The position numbers and the translations under genes were made by a program. The notes beneath the pieces were generated by a model. The model saw only the letters and a program-made list of their open reading frames with translations, was not told the origin of the DNA and ran no database searches. From the IMG/VR virus record IMGVR_UViG_3300033150_001293: a stretch of DNA of 64,000 bases; one strand, given 5' to 3'. Positions within the stretch are counted from its first letter, which is position 1, and every line of letters begins with the position of its first letter. This stretch comes from an uncultured virus (IMG/VR IMGVR_UViG_3300033150_001293). Taxonomy: Duplodnaviria; Heunggongvirae; Uroviricota; Caudoviricetes. Below, one piece after another: positions 36,737 through 46,389 of this stretch.

Positions 36737-36941
36737 GCCGCACCATCATCGCCGGCAACGGCCACAAGATCGGCTACGTCCATATTCCTTGCACCGGCGG
36801 GCGGAGCGTAATGCACGCACTGGGGCTTTTGCCGAGCCACGCAACCGCGGCGGAATTGAGGCGTCGGCACCCGGACCTGACGCATGTCGTTGCCATAGTC
36901 CGCTCCCCGTTTACGCTGCTCGTCTCGTGGTACAATCGGAT
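36733..36941 (+). pseudogene. truncated sulfotransferase-family gene
   Basis: YVHIPCTGGRS and VRSPFTLLVSWY motifs; similarity stops at the half-repeat at 36942. Confidence 0.6.
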
Positions 36942-37081
36942 CTCGCAACACACTTCAGCATCTTATCATAGCGAAAAAGACGGTCGAGGACAAGTCATCC
37001 GAGAAGTGTGTTGCGAGCGGGCGAGCTCGTCGAAGGTCACGCGGCGTGGCAACGGCTAAAATTCGAGAAATGTGTTGCGAG
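36942..37081. CRISPR. minus-strand promoter/half-repeat unit back-to-back with a plus-strand mini-array (half-repeat, 28-bp spacer, degenerate repeat)
   Basis: 36942-36956 (-), 37003-37017 (+), 37046-37081 (+). Confidence 0.8.
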
Positions 37082-37096
37082 CGAGTGAGCGAGCGA

Positions 37097-37717
37097 ATGA
37101 GGGCGTGGGGCCAACTACAAGGACGTTATCCGTGGCCGGATCGGCAGCCAAGCGACCAAGGGGTCAAGCGGCCGTTTGGCTGGCTGCACAACAAGACGCA
37201 AGCGGCCCTGCGCCAGCATCTTGGCGAACACACGCGATACGTCGTGGAGTTGGGGACGTGGCTTGGCAGGTCGGCCCGGTTCATTTTGTCGTGCGCGCCG
37301 AACGCGAAAATAGTCTGCGTCGATCACTGGCAGGGCTCGCCGGAGTTGGGCGAGGACCACGGGCACCTGTTTGGCGAACCGGTGTATCAGGCGTTTCTAC
37401 ACCACAACTGGGACCTGAGAGAGCGGATCGTGGCCGTACAGGACCGAACCGAGGCCGGCATAACCGAGGTCGTGATGGCCGGCCTGACGCCTGACCTGGT
37501 GTACATCGACGCCGCGCACGACGCGGAGAGCGTGCGGCTAGACGTATACGCATCAGCGATGGCGTTTCCCGACGCGATATTGGTCGGGGACGACTGGGAT
37601 GTGGACGCCGATCACTACGGCGTGGCGTCCGGCGTAGCGGATGGGTTGAGCCAGGCGTTCGCCAGCTACGACCTACGCAACAACGGCAAAGCGTGGTGGG
37701 CGAAAAGAGTGCCATGA
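37097..37717 (+). CDS. class I methyltransferase (Methyltransf_24-like)
   Basis: VELGTWLGRS, VDHW, YIDAAHD, GDDW. Confidence 0.85.
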   Translation: MRAWGQLQGRYPWPDRQPSDQGVKRPFGWLHNKTQAALRQHLGEHTRYVVELGTWLGRSARFILSCAPNAKIVCVDHWQGSPELGEDHGHLFGEPVYQAFLHHNWDLRERIVAVQDRTEAGITEVVMAGLTPDLVYIDAAHDAESVRLDVYASAMAFPDAILVGDDWDVDADHYGVASGVADGLSQAFASYDLRNNGKAWWAKRVP

Positions 37718-38487
37718 GAACCGATCTTCCCCCGTGTTACCGCTGCCACAAACAGCCCTGCAAGTGCAAGGACGGGGTGGCATTGTACCACGGCGACTGC
37801 CTTGACGTGATGCTCGCGATAGAGCCGGAGAGCGTGGACTTAGTGTTAACGGACCCGCCGTACGGCATATCACAAATAGGGGTATCGCACACACGAAGAC
37901 CAGGCAAGGGAAGTCGTAATTTCGATTTCTTCAACAACGATACTCCGCAAGAGGCCGTATCATTGATGTTGAAGGCGGCGGGGTTGTGCAATCGCCTTGT
38001 AACGGAGAAAGCGTCAGCCTACTGGTGGGTTGGCCATTACGGATTCGGTCCGCTCATCAGCTGGTATGAAGGGCAGTCGTGGAAAACGCGATTCCTCGTG
38101 TGGAACAAGGCCGCTCCCTGCCCACCTCCACCGGGTAGCGGATGGCCGAGTGCTGCGGAACTATGCGTCTACGCTTGGCGGCTTGGTCGGACATGGACAC
38201 ACGACGGGAAGAACTATCCACAGTCAAACGTAATAACCGCCGATAGCTATAGGCATGGTATGCCGGGGAAGGTGAACCATCCCACACAAAAGCCACTGAC
38301 GGTCATTCGGCCGTTAATTCAGGCGTCTTCGTGCAAAGGACATACTATTCTCGATCCGTTTGCCGGCAGCGGCACAACCGGCCTCGCCTGCAAGGAACTG
38401 GGGCGAAAAGCCATTTTGATAGAGATCGAAGAGAAATACTGCGAAATCGCCGCACGGCGGCTTGAGCAGGGAATGCTGTTTGGCTAA
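37714..38487 (+). CDS. N4-C/N6-A DNA methyltransferase (beta class)
   Basis: TDPPY, HPTQKP, LDPFAGSGTT. Confidence 0.92.
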   Translation: MRTDLPPCYRCHKQPCKCKDGVALYHGDCLDVMLAIEPESVDLVLTDPPYGISQIGVSHTRRPGKGSRNFDFFNNDTPQEAVSLMLKAAGLCNRLVTEKASAYWWVGHYGFGPLISWYEGQSWKTRFLVWNKAAPCPPPPGSGWPSAAELCVYAWRLGRTWTHDGKNYPQSNVITADSYRHGMPGKVNHPTQKPLTVIRPLIQASSCKGHTILDPFAGSGTTGLACKELGRKAILIEIEEKYCEIAARRLEQGMLFG

Positions 38488-38500
38488 AGAGGCGTATCCT

Positions 38501-39166
38501 GTGTTCGTAACCGATTCGCACCTGTTCATTGGGATGCACCGCACGGGCACCACCTGGGTCTGCCGCGTGCTGGAGGCCGCGTTCGGCCCCAGCCAGATGC
38601 CCGTGCAGCACACGCCGATATCGGACGTGCCCGCCGAGTTCAAAGCCGGCCGCACTGTCGTCGGCGTCGTGTGCAATCCGCTGGAGTGGTATGTCTCCCG
38701 CTGGGCGTATTCGTACCAGACCACGAAGGACAAGTCGAAGCGGCTGGGCTTCTGCGATTATCTGGACCGGCACATGGGCAACCCGCAAGGGCCGATTGGC
38801 AAGGCGTGCGAAGACTTCCCCCAAACCGACATGCGGATCGGGGCGTACAGCTATCTCTACGTGTGCTACTTCTTCGAGCGGGCCCGCGAGTTGCTGCCGG
38901 GACTGGGCCCGGACCGGCTGCAAGAGTTGCACGACGAGGGGTGCTCAGTTAACCTGATGATGCGAAGGGACAACCTGACCCGCGACCTGATCGAGGTCTT
39001 CGGCGAGAGGGTGCGGCCACACCTTGGCGAGTGGCGCAACGCCACGATCCACGATCCGTGGCAGGACTATTACCGCGACGCCCGGGGCAAATGGTGGGAG
39101 CGCAGAATCCTTAGTCTCGACGCGGCAATTTTTCGGCGGTGGGGTATTGAAACCATAAGAGGATAG
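38501..39166 (+). CDS. sulfotransferase-family protein
   Basis: MHRTGTT, NPLEWYVS, WQDYY. Confidence 0.65.
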   Translation: MFVTDSHLFIGMHRTGTTWVCRVLEAAFGPSQMPVQHTPISDVPAEFKAGRTVVGVVCNPLEWYVSRWAYSYQTTKDKSKRLGFCDYLDRHMGNPQGPIGKACEDFPQTDMRIGAYSYLYVCYFFERARELLPGLGPDRLQELHDEGCSVNLMMRRDNLTRDLIEVFGERVRPHLGEWRNATIHDPWQDYYRDARGKWWERRILSLDAAIFRRWGIETIRG

Positions 39167-39348
39167 CATGGCTAAAATTACGATTACACTTACAGATACG
39201 CGAGAAGGTGAAATTTGCATTCAAGTGGTCACCACTCCGCCGGTGAAACCAGGCGACAAAAGTACGCCTGCCCAAAAAATAGCGGCAGCATGCCTGGCAG
39301 CAATCGCAGTGCGACACGATAGCGGGAGCCCAAACTAGGGGAAGTCGG

Positions 39349-40386
39349 ATGGCGAAGATCATAGTCGACCCTTATGTCCCCGGCAACGACAACCGGAAAT
39401 GCCGCAAGATGCGCCGGCTGGTTTACCTGGCGTGGATCGCACGCGACCTGGGGCACGAGGTGGCCGTCCACTACGACCGGGACGAGATCGACGCCCTACG
39501 GCAGCGCACCGCCTACAATGGCAGGACGGACTTCAGCTACCTCGACCTGCTCGGATCGTTCCGCAAGTGTGTTGCGAGCGAGGACGCCGACCTGCTGATC
39601 TGCTCGGAGGAGACGGCCCTGGGGCAGCAGCGGCCGGACTGCAAAGTGGCGGCATGGCGGTCGGTACTCGGTGGCGGACACAGGGCCGTCGAGCACCACG
39701 ACAAGTTTGACCTGCTCTGCGGCTATGCGTTTTCGCAGCAGGACTGGACGAGGAAGACAACCATAGAGGGAAAGCTGCGGCACGATACGCCCGTGCGGAA
39801 TAGGCTGGGCGACAAGTGGTTTTCAGTCCCGTGGCTGCCCTTTGAGTGCACGCTGCATCAGCTTCACAAGGACGGCCTATGGAAGGCGTATCTGCGGGAC
39901 GACCTGGACGCGATCCGTGAGCGATATGGGAGCGCCAAGAAGAGACGAGTGTTCGGGTTCGCGGGATACCCATGGCCATGGCGGACGCGGATTGCCGGCA
40001 TTTTCGACGGCGACGAGCGGTTCGTCTTCAGGTGGGCGGACTGCGCCGAGAAGGCCATGCCGCCCGCCGAATATCTGCGGTGGCTCAGCGAGTGCGAGGT
40101 GTCCATGTGCCTGCCGGGCGACACCTGGAAATGCAGCCGGTTCGCCGAGTCGGTGATGATGGGCGTCCCCGTAGTGCATCCCCGCGGCGTGGTCGACCTG
40201 ACGCCGCCGTTGTCTAGCCTGAACGCGATACTGGTTGGGGAGTGGGAGGAGTTGGCAGACATGCGGGTGGCTGATCTCGACCTGATCGTTGCCAACGCTG
40301 ACAAGGCGTACCGCGAGGGATGGGGACTTCGCGGGCAGTTCTCGCAACACACTTCTATGACTGCATTATACCATAAAAGAGCCTAG
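39349..40386 (+). CDS. exostosin-like/GT-B glycosyltransferase
   Basis: EYLRWLSECEVSMCLPG...SRFAESVMMGVPV. Confidence 0.65.
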   Translation: MAKIIVDPYVPGNDNRKCRKMRRLVYLAWIARDLGHEVAVHYDRDEIDALRQRTAYNGRTDFSYLDLLGSFRKCVASEDADLLICSEETALGQQRPDCKVAAWRSVLGGGHRAVEHHDKFDLLCGYAFSQQDWTRKTTIEGKLRHDTPVRNRLGDKWFSVPWLPFECTLHQLHKDGLWKAYLRDDLDAIRERYGSAKKRRVFGFAGYPWPWRTRIAGIFDGDERFVFRWADCAEKAMPPAEYLRWLSECEVSMCLPGDTWKCSRFAESVMMGVPVVHPRGVVDLTPPLSSLNAILVGEWEELADMRVADLDLIVANADKAYREGWGLRGQFSQHTSMTALYHKRA

Positions 40387-40566
40387 CGGGTGGCCACCGC
40401 GTGCCGATGCCAAAGTACGACCGGCACATGGACTTTGCGGCCCCGCAATCGCGGTAGCTCGCCGTAGACTTCCTCGGGGAGCAGGAGCGGCTCGACTACG
40501 TGTCCCGGCAGAAGCCGAAGACGAGCCGCTTTATGGTATAATGCAGTCATAGAAGTGTGTTGCGAG
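40341..40566. repeat. perfect 37-bp inverted repeat made of two outward-facing TATAAT plus half-repeat units
   Basis: TTTATGGTATAATGCAGTCATAGAAGTGTGTTGCGAG at 40530-40566 and its reverse complement at 40341-40377. Confidence 0.92.
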
Positions 40567-40635
40567 GTAAACAATATGCCAACATGAGGCACACCAACCT
40601 CGGACAGAAACAAGATCAGGGAGGTGATGCCTCGC

Positions 40636-41631
40636 ATGTCGTCTGCTAAAATACTGTTAGTCTATGACGTGCCGAACTGGGCATGGGGTTTTCGCGCCCA
40701 AGACATCCAGCGATTCGCCCCCGACGGCTTCGATGTCGAGACGGTGGACTACACGAGTCTCCCGAAGCGATACCCGCCGGAGCGGATACGCGACTACTGC
40801 GTGCTCAACTTTTCCTGGACCATGTGTCCGATGGGCTTGGTGATGCACGCCAAGCGGAACGTCGCGCTCGTCACTTGCGGCGGGCTGATCTACGACCGGC
40901 AGAGGGAGGGCGACTGGCGGAGCCGCGTTGTCACCGCGTCCCGAAACACGACGCGGGCGAGGCTACGGCTGCCGAACTTCGACGGCTGCATCGCCGTCAA
41001 CCGCGAAATCTGCGAGGCGGCCAAACAGCACAACGTGAACACCGTCCTAATACCGTCGGGCGTCAACACGGACTTCTGGTATCACAGGCCCATGCGGGGG
41101 TACGACGGACGGCTTCGCGTCGGCTGGTCCGCCCAGCGGCGGTGCAACGTCAAGGGGCTGCACGAGGTGCTAGAGCCGCTTGTGGCCCGATGCCCGCAGT
41201 ACGACTGGCGGGTAAACGACCGCAACTTCAACGAGGCCATGAGCCGCGAAGAAATGCGGGACTGGTATCACGACCTGGACGTGTTTGTGAGCACGTCGAT
41301 CATCGAAGGCACGCCCTCGCCGCCGTTCGAGGCCGCGAGCTGCGGCCGAGTCGTCCTGTCAACCGACGTGGGCGTCGTGTCCGACTGGGACTACCTAGGG
41401 CAACGGGAGTTGCGCGCCCCGGCGTACAGGAATCAATCAGAGGCAAACGCAACGGTCGACTGGTTTGTCGCCAAGTTGGCAGAGATGGAGCGATACGCGA
41501 AGGCGGGCAGGCTGCCGAAGATCGGCGAGCTGCTTCGCCTGTCGGTGATCGCCAACTATTCGTACGACTCGCTCGCGGGCATTGCCCGCAAGTACCTGGA
41601 GTTTATCGCAGGGGAGAATGATGAAGCGTAA
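40636..41631 (+). CDS. GT4-like glycosyltransferase
   Basis: PSGVN, KG, EGTPSPPFEAASCG. Confidence 0.85.
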   Translation: MSSAKILLVYDVPNWAWGFRAQDIQRFAPDGFDVETVDYTSLPKRYPPERIRDYCVLNFSWTMCPMGLVMHAKRNVALVTCGGLIYDRQREGDWRSRVVTASRNTTRARLRLPNFDGCIAVNREICEAAKQHNVNTVLIPSGVNTDFWYHRPMRGYDGRLRVGWSAQRRCNVKGLHEVLEPLVARCPQYDWRVNDRNFNEAMSREEMRDWYHDLDVFVSTSIIEGTPSPPFEAASCGRVVLSTDVGVVSDWDYLGQRELRAPAYRNQSEANATVDWFVAKLAEMERYAKAGRLPKIGELLRLSVIANYSYDSLAGIARKYLEFIAGENDEA

Positions 41632-42814
41632 CAACCAGTGTAAATTGCTGATCGTGTACGACGTGGGGCCGCCTCATTGCTCCGGCTGGGCCCAGTACAG
41701 ACACGCCGAGGGACTGAGTCGTTACTCGCCGAAGAACGTGACCGTCCACATCGTACCGCTCGGTACCTACTTGCAGCAGCAGGAAACGTGGCTTTCGCAG
41801 TACGCGGCCGTGTACGTCATTTCGCTATACCACGCCCAGCCGCGAAAGGGTATTGGACGTCTTGCGGCATGCGTCGCCTCCCACGCCTGGACGCATAAGC
41901 GGCTAGACAAATCCGACTGGCGCACCTACGGCGTCAACAAGGACCGCTGCCATTCGGTTGGGGCGCAGCGGCTCCGCGGACTATATGCCGCCGTGTGCCG
42001 CAACGAGGCGCTAGGCAAGTGGGCTCGCTCACTCGGCGCGAACGTGGCCGTCATCCCGGCCGGCGTCGACTGCGAGATATTCAAGCCCGGTGAGTTCCGT
42101 CACGACACGAAGCGGCTCCGCGTGGGGTGGTGCGGCCAGCTTGGCGGGATCACGAGCTTCAAGGGCTATGACGAAGTGCTCCAGCCGTTGCGGCACCTGT
42201 TCCAGCAGTACGATTGGCGCGTCAACACCAGGACGCACGAGAACGCCTACTCTGCGGAGCGCATGGCCGACTGGTATCGCAGCCTGGACGTGTTCGTTTG
42301 CACGAGCAGTGCCGAAGGAACGCCCAATCCGGCGATGGAAGCCGCGGCGTGCGGCGTTCCCGTCGTCGCGACCGACGTGGGGCAGCTGGCCGACTGGGAC
42401 GACTTGCGGGAGACGGGCATGATCGTGCCGGACTGGGGCAACCAAAGGGAAGCCCAGATTGTTGTCAACAAGATAGCTGGACGGCTGACCCTACTGGAGG
42501 AGCCGGCGGTAAGGCGGGAGTGCCGGGAGCGGCTGCTGCAATCCGTCGCGGACCGATACGATTATCGTGTCGTGACCCCGGAGACGCTGAATTTCTTGCT
42601 GGCGGGCATCAAAAAGCCGGTGGCGCCTGTGGCCCAGACCACCCTCCAGGCCGACGCGGCGAGGTGGGACTACATGCGGCGGCGGCTAACCACGAAGCGA
42701 CGCGACGCGAAGGGCGGCAAGCTGTGGCGGTTCGAGCCTCTCCGCAACTACCACGGGGACACGGTTGACGAGGCCATGGACAAAGCGATTGCCGACGAGC
42801 AGGAGGGCGGGTGA
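41618..42814 (+). CDS. GT4-like glycosyltransferase
   Basis: PAGVD, FKG, EGTPNPAMEAAACG. Confidence 0.85.
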   Translation: MMKRNNQCKLLIVYDVGPPHCSGWAQYRHAEGLSRYSPKNVTVHIVPLGTYLQQQETWLSQYAAVYVISLYHAQPRKGIGRLAACVASHAWTHKRLDKSDWRTYGVNKDRCHSVGAQRLRGLYAAVCRNEALGKWARSLGANVAVIPAGVDCEIFKPGEFRHDTKRLRVGWCGQLGGITSFKGYDEVLQPLRHLFQQYDWRVNTRTHENAYSAERMADWYRSLDVFVCTSSAEGTPNPAMEAAACGVPVVATDVGQLADWDDLRETGMIVPDWGNQREAQIVVNKIAGRLTLLEEPAVRRECRERLLQSVADRYDYRVVTPETLNFLLAGIKKPVAPVAQTTLQADAARWDYMRRRLTTKRRDAKGGKLWRFEPLRNYHGDTVDEAMDKAIADEQEGG

Positions 42815-43827
42815 TGCCGAGCGTCCTTGTGCGTTACGACGTGGAAAACTGGGCCTTTCACCGCCGTGCCCTCGGCCTGCAACGGTATCGCCGGCCCGGC
42901 GACCAAGTGACGATCGCCAGCGACTACGCCTACGGCATGGGCGTAGCCGACGGCGAGTACGACGCCGTGCTCCTGTGCGACATGACATCCAGCTTCCCCG
43001 GTTCGCGGCCCCACTGCCGGGCCGGGAGAATAGTGCGGCTCGTCGGGTCGCACGGGTGGTTGTACCCCGAATACGATCCCGACGACTGGCGGACGAAGGG
43101 AGTGAACGGCCGCAACTCCAACCAAGCCGCGTCGATCGTGGAAGACTGCGACACGGTGGTCGTCTATAGCGCGGAGCAAAAGCGGTTCTTCGACTCGATC
43201 CACAGCGACGTGCGGCTCATGCCGTACTCGATCGACACAAATGTGTTCAGACCGCGTAGGATAACGGCCGAATTCGAGAAGTGTGTACGGAGGCTCCGCG
43301 TGGGTTGGTGCGGCCAGCTTGGCGGCGGCGAAGGGAGCTTCAAGGGATTCGTCGAGGTCATGGTGCCCGTGATCGCCAGGCTCGGCGAGCAATTCGAGTG
43401 GTCGATCAATCACCGGGACTTCCGTACGGCGCTGAGCGGGCCGGACCTGGCCAAGTGGTATCAGTCGCTCGACGTGTTCCTTTGCACCAGCGTGGCGGAG
43501 GGGGGGCCGCAGACGGTATTCGAGGCCGCGGCGTGCGGATGCGTGCCCCTGTCGACGGCGGTCGGGCAGGTGGCGGACTGGCGGTGGATGCGCGACAAGA
43601 GCCTGACGACGCCCCCGCCGGCGAACGCGGAGGACGCGGCTCGCGTGGTAGGCTGGTTCGTCGAGAGCCTTCGCTACATGGACGCCAACAGGCAGATGCG
43701 CGACCGGTGGAGCCAGGACGCCGTCCGCGCCGTCCGACGCGACTACGACGCGGCGGAGTTAGTGCCCCAGCACCTGGCAATTATCACGGGGCCCGCTTGC
43801 TCGCTTGCAACACACTTCTCAGCATAA
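42814..43827 (+). CDS. GT4-like glycosyltransferase
   Basis: FKG, EGGPQTVFEAAACG; ends in repeat-encoded LATHFSA. Confidence 0.85.
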   Translation: MPSVLVRYDVENWAFHRRALGLQRYRRPGDQVTIASDYAYGMGVADGEYDAVLLCDMTSSFPGSRPHCRAGRIVRLVGSHGWLYPEYDPDDWRTKGVNGRNSNQAASIVEDCDTVVVYSAEQKRFFDSIHSDVRLMPYSIDTNVFRPRRITAEFEKCVRRLRVGWCGQLGGGEGSFKGFVEVMVPVIARLGEQFEWSINHRDFRTALSGPDLAKWYQSLDVFLCTSVAEGGPQTVFEAAACGCVPLSTAVGQVADWRWMRDKSLTTPPPANAEDAARVVGWFVESLRYMDANRQMRDRWSQDAVRAVRRDYDAAELVPQHLAIITGPACSLATHFSA

Positions 43828-43840
43828 CTGTATTGTACCG
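43804..43840 (-). ncRNA. TACAAT plus half-repeat unit antisense to the GT 3' end
   Basis: GGTACAATACAGTTATGCTGAGAAGTGTGTTGCAAG. Confidence 0.7.
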
Positions 43841-44135
43841 TATCCTTGGAGGGAAGGATAATGTTTACTCGCTGGACAGCCCTATTGTGGCGGTGGTTCC
43901 GTATGCAGATTACATTTCGCTGGCCGATTCGCTCCCCAGTTTCGATCGACCTGCGAAATTTCATCTACATGTGCCGGCGGCTTCGGCGGCGGACTAACTG
44001 GTATCGGTGCGTCGACTGCGGGCGGTGGGCGCACACGGACCTCGGCGTTGGCGGTTGCCACTGGGCCGAGCGGGTCGACGGCAAGGCAAGGATCGTCGGC
44101 TGGTGCGAAAAATGTGGCCGAAAGAGGACGATAAC

Positions 44136-45083
44136 ATGAACGTCGTCTTTCTGATTAGTCGCCGATTACACGAGATGAAGGTCGATAGACACAGACCTTC
44201 CCTGGCTGCGGCGCTGACTCGTCGTGATGACTGCCGCGTCATCACGACCGGCCACGGCTGGCCGGGCTACGACAGCGGCAGGACGGTCTCGCAGAACTTG
44301 GCAAACATGGGGCTTTCGCCCGACGTGCTATGGGTATACCAGACGGCGGCCGACCATATTCACGAGGGTGTCCGCTCGGTCGAGGCCGTGAGGTGTCTCT
44401 TGATATACGACGCCTACGAAACCAAAAAGCGGAAGGCCGAGGTGGAGGCCGTCGAGCCGCAGGTCATCGTTCACACGCACGCCAACGACGCCAAACGCCT
44501 GGCCAAGATCGCCCCTCGCGCCAGGCGCGTCCACGTGCCGTTCGGCGTCGACAAGGCCACGTTCTACCGGCCGGACTACGGCGAGCGGCCGATCGACTGC
44601 CTGGTGGTCGGCCAGACGGACCCGGACACGTACCCCCTGCGTGCCCGGTGGCGGAGGCTCGTGGAGTCCGGGGCGATCCCCGGCGAGGTCCGGCGGATGC
44701 CGTCCTACCGGCTGGAGCCCGCCCAGTGCGTCCGCCAGTACGTGGAGTGGGGCGAGCACATGCGGCGGGCGAAGATCGTGCTCACCGGCGGCTCGAAGTA
44801 CCGCTACGCGCTCCAGGTCTACTACGCCGCGGCGATGTGCGGCTGTGTGGTGGTCGCGGACATGCCGGACGACTTGGTCTACCGCGAGACGCTGGGCGTG
44901 CACCAAGTGGCAGTCGACGCGGGAGCCATTCACGATTCGCTGGCGAACACCGTCAAGCGACTTCTCCGAGATGACCTGGCGATCCGCCAGCGCGGCCTCG
45001 CGGCCCGCAACACATGCCTGGAACTCTACACGACGGATATCGTCGCGGAGCGGTTCGTCGAGGAGTGCAGTGACAACGGCTGA
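44136..45083 (+). CDS. CgeB-like glycosyltransferase
   Basis: YPLRARW, RAKIVL, KYRYAL..YAAAMCG; stop lies within the repeat at 45070. Confidence 0.7.
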   Translation: MNVVFLISRRLHEMKVDRHRPSLAAALTRRDDCRVITTGHGWPGYDSGRTVSQNLANMGLSPDVLWVYQTAADHIHEGVRSVEAVRCLLIYDAYETKKRKAEVEAVEPQVIVHTHANDAKRLAKIAPRARRVHVPFGVDKATFYRPDYGERPIDCLVVGQTDPDTYPLRARWRRLVESGAIPGEVRRMPSYRLEPAQCVRQYVEWGEHMRRAKIVLTGGSKYRYALQVYYAAAMCGCVVVADMPDDLVYRETLGVHQVAVDAGAIHDSLANTVKRLLRDDLAIRQRGLAARNTCLELYTTDIVAERFVEECSDNG

Positions 45084-45105
45084 AAGTCAAGAAGTGTGTT
45101 GCGAG
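45070..45105 (+). repeat. solitary full repeat between convergent GT genes
   Basis: GTGACAACGGCTGAAAGTCAAGAAGTGTGTTGCGAG. Confidence 0.95.
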
Positions 45106-45107
45106 GC

Positions 45108-46124
45108 TCACAGGCACCTCTCCACGGCCGCGACGAACCGCTCCGCGAAATGCTCCTGCGTGTACGCCTCCCGCCACAGCCGCCACGCCGCTTCGCTCCG
45201 CTCCTCCAGCCCGCCGTCGTCCTCCATCGCGGTACGCACCGCCCCGACCAGTTCGGCGTCGTTGGCCTCCGGATCGACCTCGACAATGTGCTTCCCCAGC
45301 CCATCCCTGAACACGTCGTCGTCCGGCATGTCCGAGACGTGCACGGCCCCGGCGGCGGCGGCTTCGGGGAACCTGGCGAGGGCGTAGCGGTAGCGGCTGG
45401 AACACCCCAGCACGACCTTCGCCCGCCCCAGAAGGTCCGCGTACTCCTGGACGTATTGGTTGGCCTCCGCCAGGTTCTTGGCCAGGTGCGGCGGACGGGC
45501 GTGACAGTGCACCGGCGTCCCGATTGCTACGGATACCTTGCCCTGTAGGTCCCGCCACCGGGCCCGCAGCGGGTAGTGCTCCCGCCCGATAGTCCCTGTC
45601 AGCACGACGGGTATGTCCCGGCCACGCCATGAGCGCCTCGCTGCCCCGAACACTGCCGACTCCGCACAGTGGTGGATCACCTCGACGGCGATGCCCCGCT
45701 TCTCCGCCTCCTCCAGACGCGGGCGGTCGTTCGCGTGCGACAGGACGCAAAGGCCGACGCGGCGGTCGACCATCTGCTGCCAGAAGGGTATTCCGGGAAG
45801 CCCGCCAATTCCATGCCACGCTTCTTGAAGCTTCTCCACTAATAGGTAATTGCTGCCAATGGATCGGTAATCCCTGACGGCCGGAATTCGCACGCCGCCA
45901 ATCCGTGTTCCTTCGATCTTGTAGCCAATCACGGCGTCGATGTTCGGCATGAGTCGCTTGATGTTCTGTACGCCTGTCAGCTTGTTGTCCCAGTCCGGCC
46001 AACCCACACCCGAATAGTGGAACTCGACACCGCCGTGATTGGCCACCGCCTCCATATCGTGGCGGCGGGACGCGGAGACGCGGCGCAACCACATGAGATA
46101 CGGGCAGATATAGAGCAGTCGCAT
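45108..46124 (-). CDS. CgeB-like glycosyltransferase (paralogue of 44136)
   Basis: YPLRARW, RAKVVL, RYRYALARFPEAAAAG. Confidence 0.75.
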   Translation of the reverse strand: MRLLYICPYLMWLRRVSASRRHDMEAVANHGGVEFHYSGVGWPDWDNKLTGVQNIKRLMPNIDAVIGYKIEGTRIGGVRIPAVRDYRSIGSNYLLVEKLQEAWHGIGGLPGIPFWQQMVDRRVGLCVLSHANDRPRLEEAEKRGIAVEVIHHCAESAVFGAARRSWRGRDIPVVLTGTIGREHYPLRARWRDLQGKVSVAIGTPVHCHARPPHLAKNLAEANQYVQEYADLLGRAKVVLGCSSRYRYALARFPEAAAAGAVHVSDMPDDDVFRDGLGKHIVEVDPEANDAELVGAVRTAMEDDGGLEERSEAAWRLWREAYTQEHFAERFVAAVERCL

Positions 46125-46389
46125 CAGTCTTCGTCCTCCTGGTCCTCCGGACAGCACACATGCCAATGGTGGGCGGGGACTTTGTCCGGAATCGGCCCAT
46201 CATAGTAGAGCACCCCATGCACGAGTGGCTTCTGGCAGTCGAGCCGCACCGTGCAGACGCCGCCATTATTATCGTCGCAGATACACTTCAGACACTCTCG
46301 CAACACAACTTCGCCGGGAAATTCGCCGGCTCTGAACAGCGTCCTGAGGACCACGCGCTGACCAATGTGCAGTGGCATGGCAATTTCTC

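Noticed and set aside
40341..40566. Autonomous insertion sequence
   Set aside because: No transposase and no evident target-site duplication
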